64,000 bases of DNA from a bacterium. GTDB lineage: Bacteria > Zhuqueibacterota > Zhuqueibacteria > Residuimicrobiales > Krinioviventaceae. Shown here piece after piece: positions 18,057 through 27,023 of this stretch. The stretch spans positions 160,001-224,000 of the forward strand of contig CAXXFV010000008.1 in assembly GCA_963674595.2 (NCBI GenBank). Reading direction: 5' to 3'. The notes beneath the pieces are model-generated. The model was given only the letters and a program-made list of their open reading frames with translations, was not told the origin of the DNA and searched no databases. A program made the translations under genes and the position numbers. The stretch's first letter is position 1. Each line of letters opens with the position of its first letter.

Positions 18057-20357
18057 GTGACAATAGAGGTCGGAATGGGTAGAATTTCTGTGTTTTTTAT
18101 TCTTGTTCAAGTTGTTTTTTTGGGTAATGTGGCCGGAAAAAACATTGATGAAACGAATAAAGCAAAAGGACTTATTTTTTATCAATCCGGAAATTATGAT
18201 AAAGCAATTGAATTTCTTGAAAAGGCATATAAAGAAAACATAGCAGACGTATCGGTCATTCAGTTTCTTGGTGATATTTATTATGAACTGGATGATGAGG
18301 AAAAGGCAACATATTGGATGGAACGTGCCCTGGATGTTCAGGAAGGAAATCTTCCTGCCCAGTTTGTTTTGGCCAAGATTTACAGGGAAAAAGGATGGCA
18401 CAGTTCTTTCCCGATTCGGGCTTTACAATGGAAAAAATCAGAACGATATTTTAAAGGGGTGATGTCGGCAGACTCTACCTATCGTAGTGTGTTGTATGAA
18501 TATGCTTTGTTGAAGAAATATAAAGAAGACTATTCCGCAGCTATCCATCTGCTCTATAAACAACTTGCACAAAATCCAAATGATATAAAAGCAGAACATC
18601 AGTTAGATATATGTTTTGATGAATTGCTTGCTTTTGCCGGCAAAGATGAAATTGAACGTCATTTTAACACCGACACGACCGTGACGGCTGAACATTATTT
18701 TGGTGAATATTTACGTTTACAAAAAAAGTTTAGTCAGGCAGATTCTGTTTTTCAAGACTTGTTGACCAATCGTCAGATATCTGTTGTTCCTGTTTATTAC
18801 GCTTTGTCTCGTCTCCGTTATCAACAACAGGATTATGATGCCGCTATGGATTTTTATACCCAGGCAATTGATAGTATTTCCAATGAGGCGGAAGCTGATT
18901 TTATGTTCCACGACATTAAATATATTTTTGCGGACATTGAACTGGATTTTTATAAACATATAGACAACATCGGGCATATAAAAAACTTTTTTCAAAAAAC
19001 CTGGCTTCGCCGAAATCCCCTGCCTGCGCTGGAATATAATTCAAGGATTTTGGAACATATTCGCCGGATTCTTTATGCGGAAAAATATTATCGTTTTAAC
19101 GGCTTGCGTACGGTGGCCAATGATCCGGACATGTTCCGTAATGATGCGGTGATCAAGTATCCACGGGTGTTTTTTGAAAATGAAAAATTTAACGATAAGG
19201 GATTGGTCTATATCCGTTATGGCGCTCCCGATGAAACGACATCCGGCATATACTCTATGCCACGCAAGGTCGGTAATGCTGCTTTTGACGGAAAAACTTC
19301 ACACGAGTCCTGGTATTATTATGCAACAAATCTTTTTCCTAAACTTTTTTTCCATTTTCGAACGTCAGAAACAGGCCAACCCGATGCCTGGCGGTTAACG
19401 AGTCATTTGGACTATCAACTGCTTGAAGATTGTTATCATTGGGATTCACATTATGATGAATTGTTTACCGCCAGTTCAGGATTCGAATATCAGAAACGCG
19501 TCGGTTTTGCTCTGAAAAACGACAAGAATAGCTGGGGAACTGAGGAAAAGATCCCTTTGTCTGTTCCATATTATCTGGCTGTGTTTAAGGGAAAAAAGAA
19601 AACAAACCGGATAGAACTTTATTACGGATTAACTGCCAGAGATATTTGGAAAAACGACAAAGCAGAGTCTGATGATTCCATAAAGGTCGGTTTTTCCGCG
19701 TATGATAAAAACTGGATTGAACTGTACAGGTCCTCCAAAATTGTATCTGCTGCGGAAATAACCACTGCCAGTGATTCCTTTGGAATTTGGCCGGACCAGT
19801 TTTCTTTTGAGCTACAGGAAGAATCCTGTTTTATTAATTTTTATGCGATTCTGGATAATAAGCTGGGAGGACACAAGTTTAAGTGGCAGGGAGAGCCCTG
19901 GGATGATAATAGGGTACAAATGAGTGATTTGGAATTGGCTTCCAATATTGGTACCACGAAAAAGAGAAACGAATTTGTTAAAAACGATCTTGTTGTACAG
20001 CCAAAACCTGACCTGGTTTTTGATAAAAGCAAACCTGTATATGTGTATTTTGAATTGTATAATTTGCCGCTGGATACTCAAAAACATATTAAATATGTGG
20101 TCCGATACAGTGTAACGCTTTTAAAGGGTAAACATAAGAGCATTTTGAACCGTTTAACCGGCGTGTTTTCATCAGGAAAAACAGAGCAAACGGCTGCTTT
20201 GGAACGATTTGCCGGTTCAAGATTTTCAGCAGAGTCCATCGGGCTGGACCTAAACGCATTGGAAGCCGGTCAATATGAAATTCGTGTTCAGATCGAATTG
20301 CCGGGAGATTCCAATAGTGCACAAAAAGTTCAAAAATTTGTTCTTGATTTATTTTGA
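18057..20357 (+). CDS. Secreted TPR + GWxTD-domain protein (likely start 18075, MGRIS)
   Basis: Signal peptide, N-terminal TPR repeats, FFQKTWLRRNP...EHIRRILYAEKYY, NDKGLVYIRYGAPD, ESWYY; C-terminal MSDLELA...VYVYFELYNL...LEAGQYEIRV beta domain. Confidence 0.8.
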   Translation: MTIEVGMGRISVFFILVQVVFLGNVAGKNIDETNKAKGLIFYQSGNYDKAIEFLEKAYKENIADVSVIQFLGDIYYELDDEEKATYWMERALDVQEGNLPAQFVLAKIYREKGWHSSFPIRALQWKKSERYFKGVMSADSTYRSVLYEYALLKKYKEDYSAAIHLLYKQLAQNPNDIKAEHQLDICFDELLAFAGKDEIERHFNTDTTVTAEHYFGEYLRLQKKFSQADSVFQDLLTNRQISVVPVYYALSRLRYQQQDYDAAMDFYTQAIDSISNEAEADFMFHDIKYIFADIELDFYKHIDNIGHIKNFFQKTWLRRNPLPALEYNSRILEHIRRILYAEKYYRFNGLRTVANDPDMFRNDAVIKYPRVFFENEKFNDKGLVYIRYGAPDETTSGIYSMPRKVGNAAFDGKTSHESWYYYATNLFPKLFFHFRTSETGQPDAWRLTSHLDYQLLEDCYHWDSHYDELFTASSGFEYQKRVGFALKNDKNSWGTEEKIPLSVPYYLAVFKGKKKTNRIELYYGLTARDIWKNDKAESDDSIKVGFSAYDKNWIELYRSSKIVSAAEITTASDSFGIWPDQFSFELQEESCFINFYAILDNKLGGHKFKWQGEPWDDNRVQMSDLELASNIGTTKKRNEFVKNDLVVQPKPDLVFDKSKPVYVYFELYNLPLDTQKHIKYVVRYSVTLLKGKHKSILNRLTGVFSSGKTEQTAALERFAGSRFSAESIGLDLNALEAGQYEIRVQIELPGDSNSAQKVQKFVLDLF

Positions 20358-20386
20358 ATTAACCTGTTAAAAAATATAATTTTATT

Positions 20387-21196
20387 GTGCTAATTAGAAA
20401 AGGGGACATTATGTCTGGGAATAAGTTGTATGAGGTTTTGGCTTTCACCATTTTGCTCTTTGCTGCTTGTTCAAAAGATTCAACAGATTTTCATGATGCT
20501 TATGTGTTTGACAAAAAGGTTAACAGCGGGCTATCTCTAAACAATGAAAAAGTCATAATCTGTGAAAACTCAATCGGTAGTGTTAATATAGAAGGAAGAG
20601 TGCAGGAAGACACAATTTTGGTCTATATGTACAAAAGTGTTCTCACTGAATCACAGGAATATGCTGATAGTTTTTTTCCAAAAATGCAGCTCGTCTCTTC
20701 AAGCAATAAAGATACATTATCTCTCTCTGTAAATTATGACTATGACAAAAACATTCAAAACCTGAATTGTGCTGTTTATTTAACTGTTCCTTATCAGATG
20801 GCCTGTAAGGTTTTGAATGTAAAAAAGAAAGTAACAGCATCCTATTTGGATGATGACCTGCATGTTGTTGATGCTCTTGATGATATTGAGGTGATCGGCC
20901 ACACCAGTTCCTGCAATTTGATTACATCAAACGGCGACATAACAATGCAGGTAGATTTACCCGACAGTGGTTATTGTATTGCTGAAACCCAGGAAGGCGA
21001 TATTTTGTTAAATCTGCCAAAAACAGCCTCGGCTGATGTATACGTGTCTGCACCCTCCGGTACAATTGAGGTTTCGGAATTAAGTTTAACCAACGTTGTA
21101 CAAACCCAGGATTCTTTGACGGCCGTTCTAAATAACGGTCATGGGACAATTCGCTTGATGACAAACAAGGGAAACGTCATGCTAAAGGGGATTTAA
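20387..21196 (+). CDS. DUF4097-like (adhesin beta-strand repeat) lipoprotein; likely start 20411
   Basis: Lipobox LFAAC; repeats TSNGDITM, TQEGDILL, APSGTIEV, GHGTIRLMTNKGNV. Confidence 0.75.
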   Translation: MLIRKGDIMSGNKLYEVLAFTILLFAACSKDSTDFHDAYVFDKKVNSGLSLNNEKVIICENSIGSVNIEGRVQEDTILVYMYKSVLTESQEYADSFFPKMQLVSSSNKDTLSLSVNYDYDKNIQNLNCAVYLTVPYQMACKVLNVKKKVTASYLDDDLHVVDALDDIEVIGHTSSCNLITSNGDITMQVDLPDSGYCIAETQEGDILLNLPKTASADVYVSAPSGTIEVSELSLTNVVQTQDSLTAVLNNGHGTIRLMTNKGNVMLKGI

Positions 21197-21239
21197 GGGG
21201 ATTTATCATATTAAGAATTTGACATAACAGGGAATAAAG

Positions 21240-23063
21240 ATGTATAAACTATATTCATATATAATAATCACATTTATTGTTTTTATGGTCTATTGTGGAA
21301 AGTCAGATCATATTGTCAACCATCCGAATGATGTTGAGACAGAACCACCGCCAAGTGGTATTACCGCAACGGTTGCCGATTCGGCTGATACGTTGTATGC
21401 ATGTGGTTATACAGTTATTAAATATTCTGTTGATTTTAACAACCATTGTTTTGACTCTTGCAAAATTTATTTGGATTCAACATTGTTATATAACCAAAAT
21501 AGAATGGATGCACTTTATTTCAATTCAACGCAATACAATGATGGTTGGTATAAGCTAAAATTATATTTTTTTTCACATACTTTACGGGATAATATTAATG
21601 ATTATACCTTTCATGCATTTATTGACTCCCTTATCATCCCACTTTTTATAAAAAATGGTCCGCCTGAGCCGATTCAAATTATAAGTGCGGCAATTATTGA
21701 CGGCAAGCTGCAAATCGAATGGCCGAAATATAATTATTTTGATTTTGAAGAATATCAGGTTTTTGAGGATGACTCAAAGGTTGATGTTATTACAGATCCC
21801 AATATAACTTACTGGAGACATCCATTTTTTATTGGATTATGGGAAGACATGAAAATAAAAATTAAAACCAGAGGACACTTGGTGGATGGAATCCCGAAAA
21901 GATGCAAGTTTGACTCTCCTCAAATTACTGAATTGACGTTTTTAAATAATAAAAACATTGAATTAAAATGGAAAAAATGTCTGTTTGACTCTGCTTTTAA
22001 AAGTTATCTCGTGGAATGGAAATATGGCGATCCTGCAGATTATAATATTGAATGGAAATCACTAAAACTAATTGAGGATATAAATACCACATCCTTTGCT
22101 GATTCTTTTTTTATATTTGGTGATCTTGTGTCGATGAGAGTGCTAACTCGCTCAAAAAATGACTCTTATCGTATTGCAAGTAAAGCTGCTACAGGATATT
22201 TTGGTAAAGAGATGCCAATTTTTGAAAATATTGAATATGATCCTATCGATAAAAGGTATTTCCTGTTGGGAAAATATTATGCTGTGCTTGATGCTGATAA
22301 TATGCAGGTTTTATTTTCACATCCAACATCGCCTGTTTTAAGTAAGGATTGTCAAAGTGCTTATGTACGGAAAGATAATACCAAAATAGTTGTCGTTAAT
22401 CCTTTGGATTTATCGCCCATCAAAGAATATAATGTCCAGGACATTGTCGGCTCGCATATTCGTCGGATCGTCGGTATCGTTGGTGCTAATAATGGCAGAT
22501 TTATTTTTCAAGGTTATACCTATCGTAATCCAACATATTATTACGAAAAGACATATTATGTCGATTTGGAAAAGAACAAAATATTAGATGAAATGGGAAA
22601 TATTCCTCATATGTGGGAAATTTCTTCGGATGGTGAATATGTACTCATCTCTGATTCGTCTATCAGGTTGGTTAAGTATCTTCCTGAATGGGGATTAGTG
22701 TATTGGCAAAATCTTACTTCAATTAAAAATTTTAGTTTATACCATACAGAGAATGCTTTCATTTTTACAAATAATAAAAGAATCCGTGTTTTTGATTTGG
22801 AAACAAAACAAAGGATTAAAGAGTTTGTAATAGAAGATGATTTAGTGTATCCGGACGTTGATTTGGAGACGAATTGTCTTGGTGGTTTTGTGATAATCAA
22901 TAACGAAAATCAAGATTGTAAATATAGGATTTATGATTTAAATAGCGGACAAAAAGTTTATGAGGCCAAAGTGTTGCGGGGCAGTGGTGGTCAAAATTAC
23001 TGGCTGCAGAATAACAAGATTTTAACCAAGAATGGTTTTTATCTTCCAATTGATATTAATTAA
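21240..23063 (+). CDS. Hypothetical lipoprotein (Ig/FN3-like N-terminal part, beta-propeller-like C-terminal part)
   Basis: Lipobox-like FMVYC; FN3-like segments (LQIEWPKY...FEEYQV, IELKWKKC...FKSYLV...TTSFAD); propeller-like ISSDGEYV and RVFDLET. Confidence 0.65.
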   Translation: MYKLYSYIIITFIVFMVYCGKSDHIVNHPNDVETEPPPSGITATVADSADTLYACGYTVIKYSVDFNNHCFDSCKIYLDSTLLYNQNRMDALYFNSTQYNDGWYKLKLYFFSHTLRDNINDYTFHAFIDSLIIPLFIKNGPPEPIQIISAAIIDGKLQIEWPKYNYFDFEEYQVFEDDSKVDVITDPNITYWRHPFFIGLWEDMKIKIKTRGHLVDGIPKRCKFDSPQITELTFLNNKNIELKWKKCLFDSAFKSYLVEWKYGDPADYNIEWKSLKLIEDINTTSFADSFFIFGDLVSMRVLTRSKNDSYRIASKAATGYFGKEMPIFENIEYDPIDKRYFLLGKYYAVLDADNMQVLFSHPTSPVLSKDCQSAYVRKDNTKIVVVNPLDLSPIKEYNVQDIVGSHIRRIVGIVGANNGRFIFQGYTYRNPTYYYEKTYYVDLEKNKILDEMGNIPHMWEISSDGEYVLISDSSIRLVKYLPEWGLVYWQNLTSIKNFSLYHTENAFIFTNNKRIRVFDLETKQRIKEFVIEDDLVYPDVDLETNCLGGFVIINNENQDCKYRIYDLNSGQKVYEAKVLRGSGGQNYWLQNNKILTKNGFYLPIDIN

Positions 23064-23168
23064 GTTGTGAGAAAAATTACTCAACCCTGCAAAATTTTCA
23101 CATAACGAAATAAATGCAGACTGTTCTTACGAATTGACTGATTATTAATAAAATTTCAGGCACTAATC

Positions 23169-23184
23169 CGGCACGCCGTATGCA
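23169..23184 (+). promoter_or_regulatory. Candidate sigma54 (-24/-12) promoter
   Basis: CGGCACGCCGTATGCA has GG-N10-GC spacing and is close to the TGGCACG-N4-TTGCW consensus; about 80 bp upstream of the 23260 CDS. Confidence 0.55.
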
Positions 23185-23259
23185 TATAGAAAGTTATCGT
23201 GTATTTGTGTAATGGTCTTATATAAGAAGGAATAACAGTCCTGGTTTTGGTATGAAAGG

Positions 23260-24222
23260 TTGATTATGAAAAAAGTGCTTCTGATGTTTATTGCCATATA
23301 TTTTATCATGTCCTTTTTTTCATTAGCTCAGGCAGACGATAAAAGCGCTTACTTTCCTTTACAGGTTGGAAATATATGGCAATATAAAATTGACCATAGA
23401 AATACTGATTTCGACGACAGGTGGACCACATATCAGACGGTGGAGGTATTAAAGGACACCGTACTTGCCAACGGTAAAACATATTATTATGTTACCGGAT
23501 TTGGTAAACCATATTATCCTGCAATACCAAGTTTAGTACGATATGACTCTCTTAGCCAATGTTTATTCTATGCCCGTAATTTATTTTCTTATTGGCCATA
23601 TTGTAATGAATGTGACGAATATCCATTATTTGACTTGAATTTACCCGATTCTGTGTATCATTATTTCTATTGTGCAAATTATGCCGAATGTGAAGCAGAT
23701 TATAAAACCGGATTTGGCCAGGTTGGCAATTTGCCGGATTCTTCTCAGTATAAATCATTTACCTTTTATGATTACTGGACAATGATTAAAAAAAGAGAAT
23801 ACCGTATTTATTTTAAAAATTATGGTATTTCAATTTGGAAGGTTTTAAATTTTCACCAATGGGCTGATGCAAAACTGATTTATGCCAAAATCAATGGCCA
23901 AGAGTTTGGAGATTATTATGAAACACGTGTGGAAAGTAAACCGGTAGTAACGAATACCGATTTTCAATTGGACCAAAATTATCCCAATCCGTTTAACAGT
24001 TCGACGACGATTTATTATACCATAAACAAGCCCGGCAAGGTGTGTCTGCAAGTTTACAATTCAGCCGGTCAGGTCGTAAAAACCTTGTTTGATGAATACA
24101 GAAACAGCGGACGCTATTCGGTAAATTTTAATGCACAAAACCTGCCGTCCGGTGTGTATTTTTATCAGTTAAAGTCAGATACCCGGCAAAGTCTGGTTAA
24201 AGAGTTTGTTTATTTGAAATAA
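23260..24222 (+). CDS. Secreted protein with C-terminal T9SS type A / FlgD-Ig-like sorting domain
   Basis: Signal peptide; YFPLQVGNIWQY N-terminal motif; C-terminal FQLDQNYPNPFNSSTTIYY...VYNSAGQVVKTL...LPSGVYFYQL. Confidence 0.85.
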   Translation: MIMKKVLLMFIAIYFIMSFFSLAQADDKSAYFPLQVGNIWQYKIDHRNTDFDDRWTTYQTVEVLKDTVLANGKTYYYVTGFGKPYYPAIPSLVRYDSLSQCLFYARNLFSYWPYCNECDEYPLFDLNLPDSVYHYFYCANYAECEADYKTGFGQVGNLPDSSQYKSFTFYDYWTMIKKREYRIYFKNYGISIWKVLNFHQWADAKLIYAKINGQEFGDYYETRVESKPVVTNTDFQLDQNYPNPFNSSTTIYYTINKPGKVCLQVYNSAGQVVKTLFDEYRNSGRYSVNFNAQNLPSGVYFYQLKSDTRQSLVKEFVYLK

Positions 24223-24272
24223 CCGTAAACTTGTATATCAAAGAATATGTGAATTAGCTAGTTGGTTTATAT

Positions 24273-25325
24273 TTAATTTTTTGGCGGGTGGTATCGGTTC
24301 CAGAATTTATATTTACTTAACGAGGTATAGGCTATTATTTTGTTAAAAAATCTATATCGCATTAAATAGTGCAGAATGTGATAATTGATAAACACAAAGG
24401 CCAGGAAAATAAATGCATTGACAAGGGCCCATGTTTTCTGAGTAAACCAGGAACGTTGAATCTGTTCATAAAAATCGAGATTTTTTAACAATAAAATCAA
24501 CAGGGGAGAGATGACTGCTAAAGACATAAAGATTAAATAGGCGGCAAATCCCTGCATGGTTTCAATGGCCCGTGTGTGGCAGGCATTAACACAACGCATA
24601 CAGCTTTCGCATTTAAAGGACCAATAGGGCCGGCCATTTACAAGACTTATGGCCTTTACCGGACATTGAAGAATGCACTTCATGCAGGTATCACAGGCGT
24701 CTGTTGCAATCAGTGTTTTTGCCAGAAAAAATCGTCCGATAATATAATAGAGTACGGTAATCGGCAGCAAAATGATGTCAAGCGGCAGGGTGAAAAGTGC
24801 GTTGTAATTTTTTTTACCGCTAAGCATTTTTTGTGTGAAATTTTTAACAATACCCCGGCATCTGTTGTAGATGGCGTCAACTGTTTTTTTATTTAAACTC
24901 GGGTGAAGGATCAGCCAGTTTGACGGCAGGTCCAGCGGCTGCATAGCAACAATTCTATATCCTTTTAAACATAACATGATTGCCGGTAGCAGTTGGGCCA
25001 TGCCGCTGATGCCGGGCAGGAACAGCTTGAAGAGTTTTAATCCGCCGCGTGTGTTCAGAATAAATGCATCTATTTTTTTTGTTTTCGGAAATTTCTGGAT
25101 GAATTTTAACGCTAATGGCGGCAGATTAAATCCGTGAGTTGGTGAACAAAAACCGATCAATGTTTTTTCCGTAAGGGCCGGCGGTTGGATGCTTTCGAAC
25201 CTGTCGATATTGATCAACTGCGTTTCCAGTCCGTTTTCCTCTGCTGTTTTTTGGATCCACTTTGCAGCATTTTTAGCATTGCCCGTCCCTGAAAAATAAT
25301 AGATAATCACTTTATCATATTTCAT
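24273..25325 (-). CDS. EFR1-family flavodoxin-ferredoxin fusion with C-terminal TM segments
   Basis: YYFSGTGNA flavodoxin motif; CDTCMKCILQCP and CESCMRCVNAC 4Fe-4S motifs. Start moved to ATG 25325 (MKYDKV) to avoid overlap with the upstream gene. Confidence 0.85.
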   Translation of the reverse strand: MKYDKVIIYYFSGTGNAKNAAKWIQKTAEENGLETQLINIDRFESIQPPALTEKTLIGFCSPTHGFNLPPLALKFIQKFPKTKKIDAFILNTRGGLKLFKLFLPGISGMAQLLPAIMLCLKGYRIVAMQPLDLPSNWLILHPSLNKKTVDAIYNRCRGIVKNFTQKMLSGKKNYNALFTLPLDIILLPITVLYYIIGRFFLAKTLIATDACDTCMKCILQCPVKAISLVNGRPYWSFKCESCMRCVNACHTRAIETMQGFAAYLIFMSLAVISPLLILLLKNLDFYEQIQRSWFTQKTWALVNAFIFLAFVFINYHILHYLMRYRFFNKIIAYTSLSKYKFWNRYHPPKN

Positions 25326-25341
25326 GGCGTTTTCTTTTCTT

Positions 25342-26301
25342 TTACGGTTTAATATCAACTGTTTTTGTTTTTTGATTTTCGCATATATAGCGCAAGTGCT
25401 CCACGCCTGTGCCGCAGCAGCCGCCAAGTATCTTAATCCCGTAATCGCTGTTCAGTTCCAGCATTTTATCACCCCAATCAGAGATGCTGTCTACCTGTAA
25501 GGTTTCAGCCCCTTCCAGATCACAATGGTTCAGGGAGGATGCATTTCCCATATATCCCACCAGTCTGTCAAATACTACTTTTGGCTGTTTTCCCGGACAT
25601 AAAAAGGAGGGATGGGCGCAATTGACCATATAACCGGCAGGACGTCTTTTTGTATTTTGGTCCACTTTTTCTATGGCGTTCGATAGAGGAGTGCCGTCTA
25701 AAACGTTACCGTCCCTGGAAATGACAAAACTGATAAAATAAATCAGGTCTGTTTGCGCCATTGCCCGGGCAATACCAATAGATTCATCGACCTGCGGCAG
25801 CGTTTCCGCAATTAAAAAATCAACACCTGCATTGGTCAAATGATTAATCTGCCACGTATGAAACTCTGTTGCCTGTTGGATGGAAAGGGCCTGGTGTGGT
25901 TTGTAGCAGTCGTTTTTACAGCCGACCAGACCGCTTATTTTAATCCTTTTTGCCAAGTCTGTTCTTTTCTGTCTCAGCTCTTTCAGAAATTCGACCGCAT
26001 CATAAATTATTTGGTGCCCGTATTCAGAGTCGTTCACTCTGGTGTAATTCGTTCGCCAGGTTGGTGTGCACAGGAAAATATCAGTATCGTATTGTTGGGC
26101 GATATCGATATAACTGTCGTATATTTGCGCCATCAGAACACGCCCCGCTTTGTCATAGATCAATGGTGCATTGACCAATGTCGGGTGCAGCTCGATCTCT
26201 TTTGACCGGCGCAGTCGTTCAATGATGGAACCTTCCATGAGAATAAAATCGTTTTGATCGATTATATTTTGTAAATGAATGTTTTTGTCGGATGTGCTCA
26301 T
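25342..26301 (-). CDS. Homocysteine S-methyltransferase family protein
   Basis: GVDFLIAETL, YMVNCAHP, ILGGCCGTG (Zn-binding Cys). Confidence 0.88.
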   Translation of the reverse strand: MSTSDKNIHLQNIIDQNDFILMEGSIIERLRRSKEIELHPTLVNAPLIYDKAGRVLMAQIYDSYIDIAQQYDTDIFLCTPTWRTNYTRVNDSEYGHQIIYDAVEFLKELRQKRTDLAKRIKISGLVGCKNDCYKPHQALSIQQATEFHTWQINHLTNAGVDFLIAETLPQVDESIGIARAMAQTDLIYFISFVISRDGNVLDGTPLSNAIEKVDQNTKRRPAGYMVNCAHPSFLCPGKQPKVVFDRLVGYMGNASSLNHCDLEGAETLQVDSISDWGDKMLELNSDYGIKILGGCCGTGVEHLRYICENQKTKTVDIKP

Positions 26302-26374
26302 GGTATTCCAAATCGGGAATTCAAATCCATTGTAAAAATTGAGATGTTGTATTGATTTTATTTTATCATGTCAG

Positions 26375-27001
26375 TCAAATTTTGTCTTTAATTAAATCAT
26401 ATAGTATCATTATGGCAAACATTAAAATCGTTATCCCGGAAATCAGGTTTATTCGTTTTATAATTCCATTGCCAATCTTATTTTTCAATTTGTAGGTTAA
26501 ACTGCTTAAAAACAGCCACCAAATTCCTGAACCGACAAACACCCCTGTTACTAACAAAATTGGAGCGAGTTTTATATTTTCAGCATTCGACAAACCTAAT
26601 CCTGCAAAAACAGCGAGAAAAAATAAAACAGTCATGGGATTTGTAATTGTCAGCAAAAAGGTGGTAATATAATCTTTAATCAACCCTACATTACCGACCT
26701 TATTTAATTTGAATTGTGGTTTTTGGAATAAAGTTTTGATACCCACATAAAACAAAAATAACAGGCCGAATATCTGCATCCATAATTTTTGAGCAATTAA
26801 AAAATTGGATATAATCGTCAGGCCAAAACCTGCGATTAATCCGTAAATTAAATCTGCTGTTGCTGCTCCCAGACCGCTGACAAGTCCGGAAAAATAGCTT
26901 TTATCAATTGTTCTGTTAATACAAAGTACCCCGATCGGGCCAACAGGCGCAGCAACAGAGAAGCCGAGTATTAATCCTTTGAATAAAAAAGTGAGTTCCA
27001 T
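26375..27001 (-). CDS. LysE/RhtB family amino acid exporter
   Basis: GFSVAAPVGPIGVLCI, GLGAATAD, LTITNPMT. Confidence 0.9.
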   Translation of the reverse strand: MELTFLFKGLILGFSVAAPVGPIGVLCINRTIDKSYFSGLVSGLGAATADLIYGLIAGFGLTIISNFLIAQKLWMQIFGLLFLFYVGIKTLFQKPQFKLNKVGNVGLIKDYITTFLLTITNPMTVLFFLAVFAGLGLSNAENIKLAPILLVTGVFVGSGIWWLFLSSLTYKLKNKIGNGIIKRINLISGITILMFAIMILYDLIKDKI

Positions 27002-27023
27002 TTTGGTTTGTTGTCCGCTATGA

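Noticed and set aside
25326-25427. N-terminal extension MAAAAAQAWST... of the EFR1 ORF
   Set aside because: It overlaps the methyltransferase 3' end (the GGCCG region read in another frame). The real start is ATG 25325.
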